Position numbers and translations under genes: made by a program. A stretch of DNA of 22,131 nt from Promethearchaeia archaeon (lineage in GTDB: Archaea > Asgardarchaeota > Lokiarchaeia > Sigyniarchaeales > SOKP01): assembly GCA_029856125.1 (NCBI GenBank), contig JAHQWJ010000117.1, positions 1 through 22,131 of the forward strand. The letters run 5' to 3'. Within the stretch, counting starts at the first letter, position 1, and each line of letters opens with the position of its first letter. Shown one piece after another: positions 1 through 7,891 of the stretch. Under the pieces are notes generated by a model that was given only the letters and a program-made list of their open reading frames with translations, had not been told where the DNA came from and ran no database searches.

Positions 1-955
1 AGTTCGAGTAAATCATAAATTTGTTTGCAGAGCCTAAACTGTAAATTTCGTACTTAGTTCCCTTCTTTGTCTCACAGAACATTTGAATCATAGGAAATAG
101 ATATATTTGTGTAGTGATTTGAGCTTCTTTATCTTTTGAATAGGTTTTATGGTCACTGCTGGCGGAACTTATCGTTTTCTTAATGTTCTTATTCCAATAC
201 CCTAATGATGCTTCGCTCTTCGATTCAAGTTCTTTAAAATCGTTAAACCGGATACCTTCGACTTCTTCAATCATTTGATGAAGATCCCGTTCGATTTCTT
301 TTTCATATTTAGTTTGTGCGCTGCTGTGTAGCACTGGAATTCCTGTAACAACAGTTTTAAAAGGAACTGGTAGAGATTGGTATTTATATAAGTTTTTATA
401 TCCTCCGCAATCTTTACATTGTTCCTTACTTGTACCAATACCAAAGCAAACACCACACGAATAGGAAAATGGTTTTTCTTCCTTGATTTGCTCTTCACCA
501 GTTAAAACTTGCAACTTTTCTTCGATCTTTCCTGTGCCCTTACATGTCCTACACTTATTTTCAACGTAACCCTTCCCTTTGCAATTTTTACATGGAATAG
601 TTTGGAGCGTTTCGTAGGTTGGTACTATTTCATTTCCCTTCCAGTCGCTTTTATTGACTTTTCCTTTACCCTTAAACGAATAAAATGTTTCCCTAGCTAC
701 TTTTGGTGGTAGAACGGTATTTTCATCGGTATTTTTAGTTACTTCCCCCACAGTTTTTTTAATCGCAAAATAAATCGCAGCTTCCTTTTGTGTGTCTTTA
801 ACGTATTCTGCTGCACTTATAGCGTCTAATGAGAAAATAGCCCCCTTAGTGCCGAACTGTTTTTCCATCTGTTTTTTATTGCTTCTTACAGCACGCTGCT
901 TCCATTTTTCAAAAATTTCGTCTAAGTTTGGTGATTTAATCCTTATTTCTGGCAT
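1..955 (-). CDS. DnaJ-type zinc-finger (4x CxxCxGxG-type) protein without a J-domain, SSUH2-like; truncated by the left window edge
   Basis: Not in the ORF track. Manual translation from the ATG at 955 is open to position 2 (318 codons): MPEIRIKSPNLDEIFEKW...CKNCKGKG...CRTCKGTG...CGVCFGIG...CKDCGGYK...QIYLFPMIQMFCETKKGTKYEIYSLGSANKFMIYSN. No HPD motif in the visible part. Confidence 0.85.
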   Translation of the reverse strand, partial: MPEIRIKSPNLDEIFEKWKQRAVRSNKKQMEKQFGTKGAIFSLDAISAAEYVKDTQKEAAIYFAIKKTVGEVTKNTDENTVLPPKVARETFYSFKGKGKVNKSDWKGNEIVPTYETLQTIPCKNCKGKGYVENKCRTCKGTGKIEEKLQVLTGEEQIKEEKPFSYSCGVCFGIGTSKEQCKDCGGYKNLYKYQSLPVPFKTVVTGIPVLHSSAQTKYEKEIERDLHQMIEEVEGIRFNDFKELESKSEASLGYWNKNIKKTISSASSDHKTYSKDKEAQITTQIYLFPMIQMFCETKKGTKYEIYSLGSANKFMIYSN

Positions 956-1025
956 TTTAATATCACATTATAATTTTTAACTATTATCTAAAATTATAAA
1001 GATATAAAATAGAATAATTTATAAT

Positions 1026-1033
1026 TTTATATA
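1026..1033 (+). promoter_or_regulatory. Candidate archaeal TATA box (TTTATATA) for the 56-aa ORF
   Basis: TTTATATA ends about 32 nt upstream of ATG 1066, in the divergent intergenic region. Weak evidence given the AT-rich background. Confidence 0.3.
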
Positions 1034-1065
1034 GTAGAAATTAAAATAAATACTAACTAACAATA

Positions 1066-1236
1066 ATGTCAGCAGAAGAACGTCAAGCAGTTGAATATTT
1101 TAAGCAATGGATGGAAGGGGGAGGAGGAGGAGGCTTAGCCCAATGGATAGAGCATTTTTTAAATCAGGGTGATGAGGCTAAACTAAGGCAGTTAAAAGAA
1201 GTTTATGATAAAATTAAAGCTGTTTTTGGATTTTAG
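1066..1236 (+). CDS. Small hypothetical protein, 56 aa, helical with a Gly6 linker
   Basis: ATG1066..TAG1236 gives MSAEERQAVEYFKQWMEGGGGGGLAQWIEHFLNQGDEAKLRQLKEVYDKIKAVFGF. It is purine/G-rich relative to its flanks, shows amphipathic helices and is followed by a T-tract. It is shorter than any ORF in the track. Confidence 0.75.
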   Translation: MSAEERQAVEYFKQWMEGGGGGGLAQWIEHFLNQGDEAKLRQLKEVYDKIKAVFGF

Positions 1237-1240
1237 ATTC

Positions 1241-1250
1241 TGTTTTTTTT
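1241..1250 (+). terminator. Oligo-T archaeal terminator candidate
   Basis: TGTTTTTTTT just after the stop codon of the 56-aa ORF. Confidence 0.45.
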
Positions 1251-1288
1251 AGTTTGAACAACAATAGTAAGACTACTGTATAAAATTA

Positions 1289-3970
1289 GTGATATTTCTT
1301 TTGACAACTCTCTTTACTAAAGATTTCTTTATTGTTTTTGATAGAAATTGGGAGAACAAAAAGCAATTGTCATTCAACCTTAATTTTTTCTATCTGAAAT
1401 CATTTAAGAAAAAAAGTAAATCGTTTTCATACATAAGTAATCCCTTTTTTAGAGGAACTATTGTTTTTGGATTAGATTACCAAGATAAATTTCAACCTGT
1501 GAGTTTTTCTAAACTCCAAAATGATGGGAACCCGCAACCTATTAATCCAAGACTGTTTAAAAAATTCTTACTTGATGCTAAAAATAAATTTGTTGCCTTT
1601 TCAGATCAAACGCAACCAAACGAATTTAAACCGATAAAAGAAATGTTAGGAAATCTTCAATTTGGAGATAGTAAAATCTTAAACCTTACTTTCTGCAAAA
1701 CATGTTTAGAAAGTAAGAAATTTACCTTATTGAGCGAAACAACTAAGATAAAATCATTACAAAGCAAATATATTTGCTCAAACTGTGCATTAGACTTAAT
1801 AGTAAAACAAGCAAGGGTTGCAGGACTTATTTCATCTAATAAACTAAACCCTAAACTTAAGAACTTCTTTAATCATCTAATTTCGAAATTTAAAGATGCG
1901 AAAAGGGTTTTGGATTCTTTTAAAGTTGATTTTAATCCAGTAAATAACAAAGAGATGACACTCTACGATGTTGAAAGGAATCCACAAGTAAGTAAGAAAT
2001 ATTTAAATTATAGTGTTGATAGTCTCGAAATTCAGAAGAAATATAAAGATTTACTAAAGGCTCAGAAAATTTTAACCCTTTTACCAATACAAGCAATTTC
2101 AATTGAAAAGGGACTCATAAAAGAGCGCTCTAATCAATTAATTATGGCACCCACCTCAGCAGGTAAAACTTTAGTGGGTGAATTGGCAGGAATTTCGAGA
2201 ATACTTAATGATAAAAGAAAAATGCTTTATTTAGTTCCAATCAGGGCGTTAGCAAGTTTAAGAACTGTAGAATTCGAATCTAAGTATAAACCCCTTAATT
2301 TAACAGTTGTAAAGAAGATTGGGGAATCTTTATTAGATAAGAAAGAACCAGAAGATTTAGATTCACTAGAAAAAGCAGATGTAATAATCGCTACCTACGA
2401 GGCGATAGATCATATTTTAAGAAGCGGTAATAAAGCTTTTTTAGGTTCCATAGGAACGATAATCATAGATGAAATTCAAACTTTAAGTGATCAAGAACGC
2501 GGTTTTATCTTAGACGGATTAATTGCTAGACTGAAGTCTGTGTATAGCGATGCTCAATATTTATATTTAAGTGCTACGATAGGCGAACCAGATTTATTAG
2601 CCAAAAAACTAAATTGTATATTGATTAATTATAATAATCGTCCAGTTCCAATCGAACGACATCTAATCCTATGTCTCAACGAATCAATAAAGCTGAGAAA
2701 TATATCGAGATTAGTACGGGCTGCGTATTTTGAGAAATCTAGTTATGGGTTCAAGGGGCAATCAATTATATTTACGAATTCAAGAAAAAAGTGCGAATCA
2801 CTTGCAGCTTATCTGCAAAATAAGGATATAAGAACAAAATCATATCATTCAGGATTAACTAATGAGGAAAGATTGGTAATTGAAAATCAATTTCAAAAGC
2901 AATCTATAGCAGCCGTTGTTGCTACCGCAGCGTTGGCCGCAGGTGTAGACTTACCTGCAAAACAAGTTATTTTCGAATCGCTTTTGATGGGGATAAATGT
3001 TCTAACAGTAGCAGATTTCGAACAGATGTTAGGTCGAGCTGGTAGATTGAAAAAACACGACTTGGGAAGAGCCTATCTCCTTATTGAACCAGGGAAAAAT
3101 TATTCGTCAAGAAATAAAACTACTGAAGAAAACATTGCGATTACCTTACTTAATGGAAAAATCAAAGATTTTGAGCTACACCCCGATGAAGACAGATCGT
3201 TAACAGAACTTCTAGCTTTTATTTCAATGTTTAATGAAGGTGTTAAAAAGGAACTTATTTATAAATTTAATGACGACCTAATTAATGCCAATTATGATTT
3301 AGAAGGATTTTTAAATCGATTAATAAGTTATCGCCTTATTCGGCTAAATAACGGGGTTCTATACAAAGCTACTTTTCTAGGTCAATCTGTTGCAAAATCT
3401 TTCCTAACTGTTGAGGTGAGCTTGAGCATTATTGAAGAACTAAAGAAAAAAGAAAAAAAGATTAGTGAAATAGTCCTAGATTTAAAAAGTTTAAGAAATG
3501 TTTACCTCACTAAAAGAGTCGTTGCTGATTTATCAAAACATAGACCAGCAAAATACTCCTCAAATAATTTCTTCAGCTCAAGCAATCTATCTTTAATGGA
3601 TGCTAATTATGTAAAAAAAAGAAAAACATTTTCGGATGATTTTATAAAATATGTTGTAAAATGGACAAGAGAAATTTTCAACTGCGACTGTAAAGATAAC
3701 CCATATTGTGATTGCGGTAGACTGAATTTAGAAAAAATAATCTTGAATTTAAGAATTGAGAATAATTTTTCAATAAAAGAAATTGCTGAATACCTTGAAA
3801 GTGAATTGGAAATTATGATTTACAAAGGAGATATTACAGATTATTTAGAAAATTTAATTTACTCTTTTGAGAGCGTCTTAAACATATCTAGGGGCGTAAG
3901 TATTATAGATCCTTTATATAACGAGGATCTTTCGGATATTCCAAATATTATAGAAAAGATTAGAAAATGA
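1289..3970 (+). CDS. Ski2-like SF2 helicase, archaeal ASH-Ski2 type (C-terminal Cys4, DUF5814-like domain)
   Basis: Q-motif LLPIQ, motif I APTSAGKT, Ia VPIRALA, II DEIQ, III SAT, V ATAALAAGVD, VI QMLGRAGR. N-terminal CKTC..CSNC and C-terminal CDCKDNPYCDC. GTG start. Confidence 0.88.
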   Translation: MIFLLTTLFTKDFFIVFDRNWENKKQLSFNLNFFYLKSFKKKSKSFSYISNPFFRGTIVFGLDYQDKFQPVSFSKLQNDGNPQPINPRLFKKFLLDAKNKFVAFSDQTQPNEFKPIKEMLGNLQFGDSKILNLTFCKTCLESKKFTLLSETTKIKSLQSKYICSNCALDLIVKQARVAGLISSNKLNPKLKNFFNHLISKFKDAKRVLDSFKVDFNPVNNKEMTLYDVERNPQVSKKYLNYSVDSLEIQKKYKDLLKAQKILTLLPIQAISIEKGLIKERSNQLIMAPTSAGKTLVGELAGISRILNDKRKMLYLVPIRALASLRTVEFESKYKPLNLTVVKKIGESLLDKKEPEDLDSLEKADVIIATYEAIDHILRSGNKAFLGSIGTIIIDEIQTLSDQERGFILDGLIARLKSVYSDAQYLYLSATIGEPDLLAKKLNCILINYNNRPVPIERHLILCLNESIKLRNISRLVRAAYFEKSSYGFKGQSIIFTNSRKKCESLAAYLQNKDIRTKSYHSGLTNEERLVIENQFQKQSIAAVVATAALAAGVDLPAKQVIFESLLMGINVLTVADFEQMLGRAGRLKKHDLGRAYLLIEPGKNYSSRNKTTEENIAITLLNGKIKDFELHPDEDRSLTELLAFISMFNEGVKKELIYKFNDDLINANYDLEGFLNRLISYRLIRLNNGVLYKATFLGQSVAKSFLTVEVSLSIIEELKKKEKKISEIVLDLKSLRNVYLTKRVVADLSKHRPAKYSSNNFFSSSNLSLMDANYVKKRKTFSDDFIKYVVKWTREIFNCDCKDNPYCDCGRLNLEKIILNLRIENNFSIKEIAEYLESELEIMIYKGDITDYLENLIYSFESVLNISRGVSIIDPLYNEDLSDIPNIIEKIRK

Positions 3971-4104
3971 ATATTTTCATCTAAAGTAAAGAAAATTTTG
4001 TTATCAATGATAAAAATTTAAGAATGAAATATTATTCGATAATTAAATAATTACTCTATTTAAACTCAGTTCAATATAAAGATTTTAATAAAAAACTTGT
4101 AGAT

Positions 4105-5064
4105 ATGATTTATACAATCTTTCTTTATCAGAGTCACACGGGATTATTGATATACGATAAAAGTTTTCAAGACACAGATGCTAAAAATACAGAAATGTTC
4201 AGTTCTTTTATTTCAGCTATGAAAACATTCGTTTCAGAAATCGTAATTAATGACTCTCTGGATCGATCGAATGAGTTAACAAACATAGAATTGAGCGATT
4301 ACATCGTTATAATCACATCAATACCCAAAATCCAAATAGATATGGTTTTCGTTGCTGATAAAGAGGATACAAAAGCAATCAACAAATTAATTCCAAAATT
4401 AATTAAATTCTTAAATAAATACGAGCAATTATTTCTTAGTTGGGATGGGGATAGAGACGAATTTGGCATATTAGATCACCCATTAACCGAAATAGTATTA
4501 GCAAATGTAAGAACGGTTCGAAAATCGTTACTCAAACAACCAGATCAGATACTGAGGTCCATTTGGGCTAATAGGAAACTGTTATCAAAAGAAATAATTG
4601 AAAATCTGATTCAAGAACGGGATCTTTTGATATACAAAATTGAGAATACTGTAATTCTCCCAAGAAAAGCAGCTATGGCAAAATCGGTTATAGACCTATC
4701 TGAAAAACTCAAAGATGAGATTACTTATCTAAAATACCAAAATGAACTAAAAAGATTGAATAAAGAAATCAAAGATGCGAAGTTTAAGTTGAATTATTAT
4801 CTTGAGAAGATAAAAGTATCATTAAATGAAGCAATTGAAAACTTAGGTAATAATCCTATCCATTCTGGAGATTTTAAAAACGCTTATCTCAATCTCTACT
4901 CTTTTAGTACTAAGTTAAAACTAATTAATGAAAACGGTTGGAAAATATACCGTGATATTGCTAGTCAGCTGATTGATAAAGAAGCTTTAAATGAACACAA
5001 ATTATCTGAAATCATACAAAAGTTATTAAAAATGAGTTCAAATGTAGAAGATTATTTAGGTTGA
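4105..5064 (+). CDS. Longin-like N-terminal domain protein with a helical/coiled-coil C-terminus
   Basis: The N-terminus MIYTIFLYQSHTGLLIYDKSF..MFSSFISAMKTFVSEI..IELSDYIVII..MVFVAD..helix follows the beta-beta-alpha-beta-beta-beta-alpha longin pattern common in Asgard proteins. The C-terminal half is helical and K/E/L-rich. Confidence 0.65.
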   Translation: MIYTIFLYQSHTGLLIYDKSFQDTDAKNTEMFSSFISAMKTFVSEIVINDSLDRSNELTNIELSDYIVIITSIPKIQIDMVFVADKEDTKAINKLIPKLIKFLNKYEQLFLSWDGDRDEFGILDHPLTEIVLANVRTVRKSLLKQPDQILRSIWANRKLLSKEIIENLIQERDLLIYKIENTVILPRKAAMAKSVIDLSEKLKDEITYLKYQNELKRLNKEIKDAKFKLNYYLEKIKVSLNEAIENLGNNPIHSGDFKNAYLNLYSFSTKLKLINENGWKIYRDIASQLIDKEALNEHKLSEIIQKLLKMSSNVEDYLG

Positions 5065-5086
5065 GCGATACCGAATTAAATTTTGA

Positions 5087-6289
5087 TTATTTCGTGTGCA
5101 ACTCGATGATGTCATTCTCTTTTAATTCGTATTCTAATCCTACTTTTTTCTTTTCTTGTCTAGCATCTTTCCGAATTACTATTGCGTGATCGAACGATTC
5201 GTAAAAACTACGATGTATTTTTATAGCTACATCTCGTATTGTTGGTTTGTTGGGGCTGGAATCGATGAGGAGAGGTTTTTCAGCGATTATTCCTTTATTC
5301 ATTGTGTAGACTTTCATTTTTTGTAAGTAAGTTAACACAATTTTTCCAAAATCACCGGGGATTTTTCTCATTTTCGCACTCGTTCCGATAACCAAAGGAA
5401 ATATAGTTAAATAAGATTTCTCTAATTCGTTGAAAGTATTTTTAGTTAGCGCTAAGTCCCCTTTTGTCCCCAAAATAATAGCTTTTTTATACACTGCTGA
5501 GGGATTTAAAGAATCGACAACTTGATCAAGTTCGATCTTACCGAACACTTTAACGATCCCATTTCGTATACCTCCTGCATGAGTTATTTCCCTAATTCTC
5601 TCAGTTAATTCTTCAATATTGTTATTTTCTTTAGCTTCACTCGTTAAGTAAAACACTTGAATTTTATTAGAACCTGTCTTTTCAATGGTAACTGGAGGGG
5701 GTGGGACATTTATTCGTACATGAGCTTTATGTAATTCCTTTAGAAGTAAAATAATTTGCTCTTTATAATCACGCGATAAATCTACGCAAAAACATATCAA
5801 ATCGCAAGCTCTTAATTGAGAGATTATTTCTCTACCGTTTCCTATTCCAGTTGAGGCTCCTTGCATTATGCTGGGCATGTCAACGATTTGATAGCGAACT
5901 TTTTCGTGCTCATAAATACCAATTTCAGGAACTGGAGTGAATTTTCCAATTTTATCTCTAACTGCGCCTGTTAATAAATTTAGCAGAGAAGTTTTACCAA
6001 CACCTGGAGAATGATAATCACTTATTAGAATCAGTTGAATTCCTTCTTTTTTTATTGAAAAAGGACTAACTTTTTTACCAGTTGTTTTAATTCGGATTTT
6101 TTCCGCTTCTTGTTCTCTTCTAAGTTTAGCTAATCGAGATTTATTTAAAGCAACAATTTTTTCCGTAGCTTTATGTTTAGGGACTAAAGAAATAAATTCC
6201 TCTAAACGCGTTATTTTATCATCAATAGATGAGGCATCCAGATATTTCTGATACGCCGCAGACGCTTCTGATCCTATATTTGAACTCAT
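5087..6289 (-). CDS. DRG/Rbg-family (OBG class) GTPase with a TGS domain and degenerate G motifs
   Basis: N-terminal HTH with PKHKATEK..LKSRLAKL-like signature (LNKSRLAKL), P-loop PGVGKTS, QIVDMPS, GxGxGR (GIGNGRE), S5D2L-type insert, G4 TKGD, C-terminal TGS (TIRDVAIKIH...KVGLEYELKENDIIELH). Confidence 0.88.
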   Translation of the reverse strand: MSSNIGSEASAAYQKYLDASSIDDKITRLEEFISLVPKHKATEKIVALNKSRLAKLRREQEAEKIRIKTTGKKVSPFSIKKEGIQLILISDYHSPGVGKTSLLNLLTGAVRDKIGKFTPVPEIGIYEHEKVRYQIVDMPSIMQGASTGIGNGREIISQLRACDLICFCVDLSRDYKEQIILLLKELHKAHVRINVPPPPVTIEKTGSNKIQVFYLTSEAKENNNIEELTERIREITHAGGIRNGIVKVFGKIELDQVVDSLNPSAVYKKAIILGTKGDLALTKNTFNELEKSYLTIFPLVIGTSAKMRKIPGDFGKIVLTYLQKMKVYTMNKGIIAEKPLLIDSSPNKPTIRDVAIKIHRSFYESFDHAIVIRKDARQEKKKVGLEYELKENDIIELHTK

Positions 6290-6313
6290 GAAAAATGCCC
6301 TTTAAAGAAAAAA

Positions 6314-6769
6314 TTAGAATATGGAGCGAAACCTATCTTCCGTTTTTAATTTCAAGTCTCCTATAATATCGTCGACTCTTCCTTCAAATTTCTTAAAGAA
6401 CTTCTGTTTTTTCGTAAAAATATCATTCAGAGAATATCTATTAAGAAAAAGCGAGTTTACTTCTTTTAAATGCTTTTTAACTACTTCTGATTCTGTTTCT
6501 TTCTCAGTTATAGCAAAAGATATTAATGGTTGCTGATTGGTTTCATCGTTTGGTAAAGCAACTAAATCGCAATAACAAACTAGTTTGAATGAGGCTAAAG
6601 AAATTACATTTATATTGTCTCCAAAAACCTCAGAGGTGAAACTTTCGAGTGCAGAGAGGAATCCGGCTCTTAATTCTGGATCTAATCCTACTCCCGTATC
6701 GGAATCGTAGTATTTTTTGTTTAATATGTTCCTTACACCTAAATTTATACCAAGCTCCAGAATAGCCAT
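6314..6769 (-). CDS. Stand-alone longin-like domain protein (151 aa)
   Basis: LDPELRAGFLSALESFTSEVF helix followed by three strands (INVISL, FKLVCY, LISFAIT) and the helices VVKKHLKEVNSLFLNRY / FKKFEGRVDDII, which is longin topology. It ends 24 nt upstream of the DRG gene. Confidence 0.65.
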   Translation of the reverse strand: MAILELGINLGVRNILNKKYYDSDTGVGLDPELRAGFLSALESFTSEVFGDNINVISLASFKLVCYCDLVALPNDETNQQPLISFAITEKETESEVVKKHLKEVNSLFLNRYSLNDIFTKKQKFFKKFEGRVDDIIGDLKLKTEDRFRSIF

Positions 6770-6919
6770 TTTAAAGCGATATTATCCTATGTGTTTAATC
6801 CTAACCTTATTAGGTTGTAAGTAATATATATAAGTTTAACTTTATAAAACGAATCGATAATTTGAAATCTTTTTTATTCTAAATTCTTCTCAAAATACAA
6901 AATGATTTGTGAGTAGATA

Positions 6920-7777
6920 TTATTCACTAATTTGGCGTTTATAGGCATTATACGTGTTTTGTAGTAAAAAACTAACAGTCATAGGTCCCACTCCTCCTGG
7001 ATTTGGAGTTATCCATGAACAAGTACCTAAAACTTCCTCGAAATTTACATCTCCTCGAGTCTTTCCATTTACTCTACTTGTGCCTACATCAATAATTACA
7101 ACGCCTTCCTTAATTTTATCTTTGGTAATGAAATCAGGTTGACCAATAGCTACTACTAAAATATCCGCTTTTTTTATATGGTTTTCTAAGTCTGATGTCG
7201 AAGTGTGGCATACTGTTACCGTTGCATTCCTCTTTAAAAACATGAATATTAAAGGTTTTCCCACTAAATTTGATCGGTTAATAATAACAACATGCTTTCC
7301 CTTTAATTCTACGTTATAATATTCAAGAAGCGTAATTATACCTTTAGGAGTAGCGGGTACGATTTCCTCGTTGTAATCGAATAATTTTCCTTTATTGATT
7401 GGGTGTAGACCATCCACGTCTTTAAGTGGATCGATTTTTTCAATGAATTCAAGAGTAAAGGGTTTAAACTTCACAGGTAAAGGTAATTGTAAGATAATCC
7501 CATGAACTGTCGTGTCATTGTTTAACTCACTGATTTTTGTAAATAGTTCTGCTTTTGTACATTCTCTGTTTAACTTAACTAAAGTTGAATCGATCCCGAT
7601 TTCAGCACAAGTCTTTCTTTTAATAGTAATATACAATTTTGATGCGGGATCGTCTCCTACTAATATTGCTGCTAATTTTGGTTTAATACCCGTTCTTTGA
7701 TAATCCAAATTAATTTTGTTTTTTAATTCTGAATTCAGTCTTTCTGCTAATTCTTTTCCGTTTAATACTTTTCCCAT
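6920..7777 (-). CDS. folD: Bifunctional methylenetetrahydrofolate dehydrogenase/cyclohydrolase
   Basis: LAAILVGDDPASKLY, HGIILQLPLP, KDVDGLHPIN, PATPKG, RSNLVGKP, NATVTVCH, IDVG, ITPNPGGVGPMTV. Confidence 0.97.
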   Translation of the reverse strand: MGKVLNGKELAERLNSELKNKINLDYQRTGIKPKLAAILVGDDPASKLYITIKRKTCAEIGIDSTLVKLNRECTKAELFTKISELNNDTTVHGIILQLPLPVKFKPFTLEFIEKIDPLKDVDGLHPINKGKLFDYNEEIVPATPKGIITLLEYYNVELKGKHVVIINRSNLVGKPLIFMFLKRNATVTVCHTSTSDLENHIKKADILVVAIGQPDFITKDKIKEGVVIIDVGTSRVNGKTRGDVNFEEVLGTCSWITPNPGGVGPMTVSFLLQNTYNAYKRQISE

Positions 7778-7891
7778 AATTTTTCTTACTATTTATTATT
7801 GAGAGAGAAATTAGATTAACTATAATTTAATTTAGATATTCAAACAAATAAATAACGATTATTATACGCTTATTAAAATGTTGGAGAGGAT

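Noticed and set aside
271-980. Track ORFs 271-498(-), 509-712(+) and 792-980(+)
   Set aside because: They are alternative-frame or antisense shadows of the real minus-strand gene <1-955, which the track missed because it has no stop codon inside the window.
3967-4010. SECIS-like spacing (ATGA-N12-AA-N24-GA) at the helicase TGA stop, suggesting selenocysteine readthrough
   Set aside because: The required stem does not base-pair, the ATGA includes the stop codon itself, and readthrough would add only a short featureless tail. The TGA at 5062-5064 is likewise followed by TAA within a few codons.
6820-6855. ModE-box-like TATATA...TTTATAAAACG, plus a TATATAGCG half-site near 20395-20403
   Set aside because: Only partial or half matches in very AT-rich DNA, better explained as TATA elements, and the downstream genes are unrelated to molybdenum.
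7255-7290. FolD NRS in place of GRS in the dinucleotide-binding motif
   Set aside because: As I recall, this variant occurs in other archaeal FolD proteins and yeast Mtd1, so it is not evidence of novelty.
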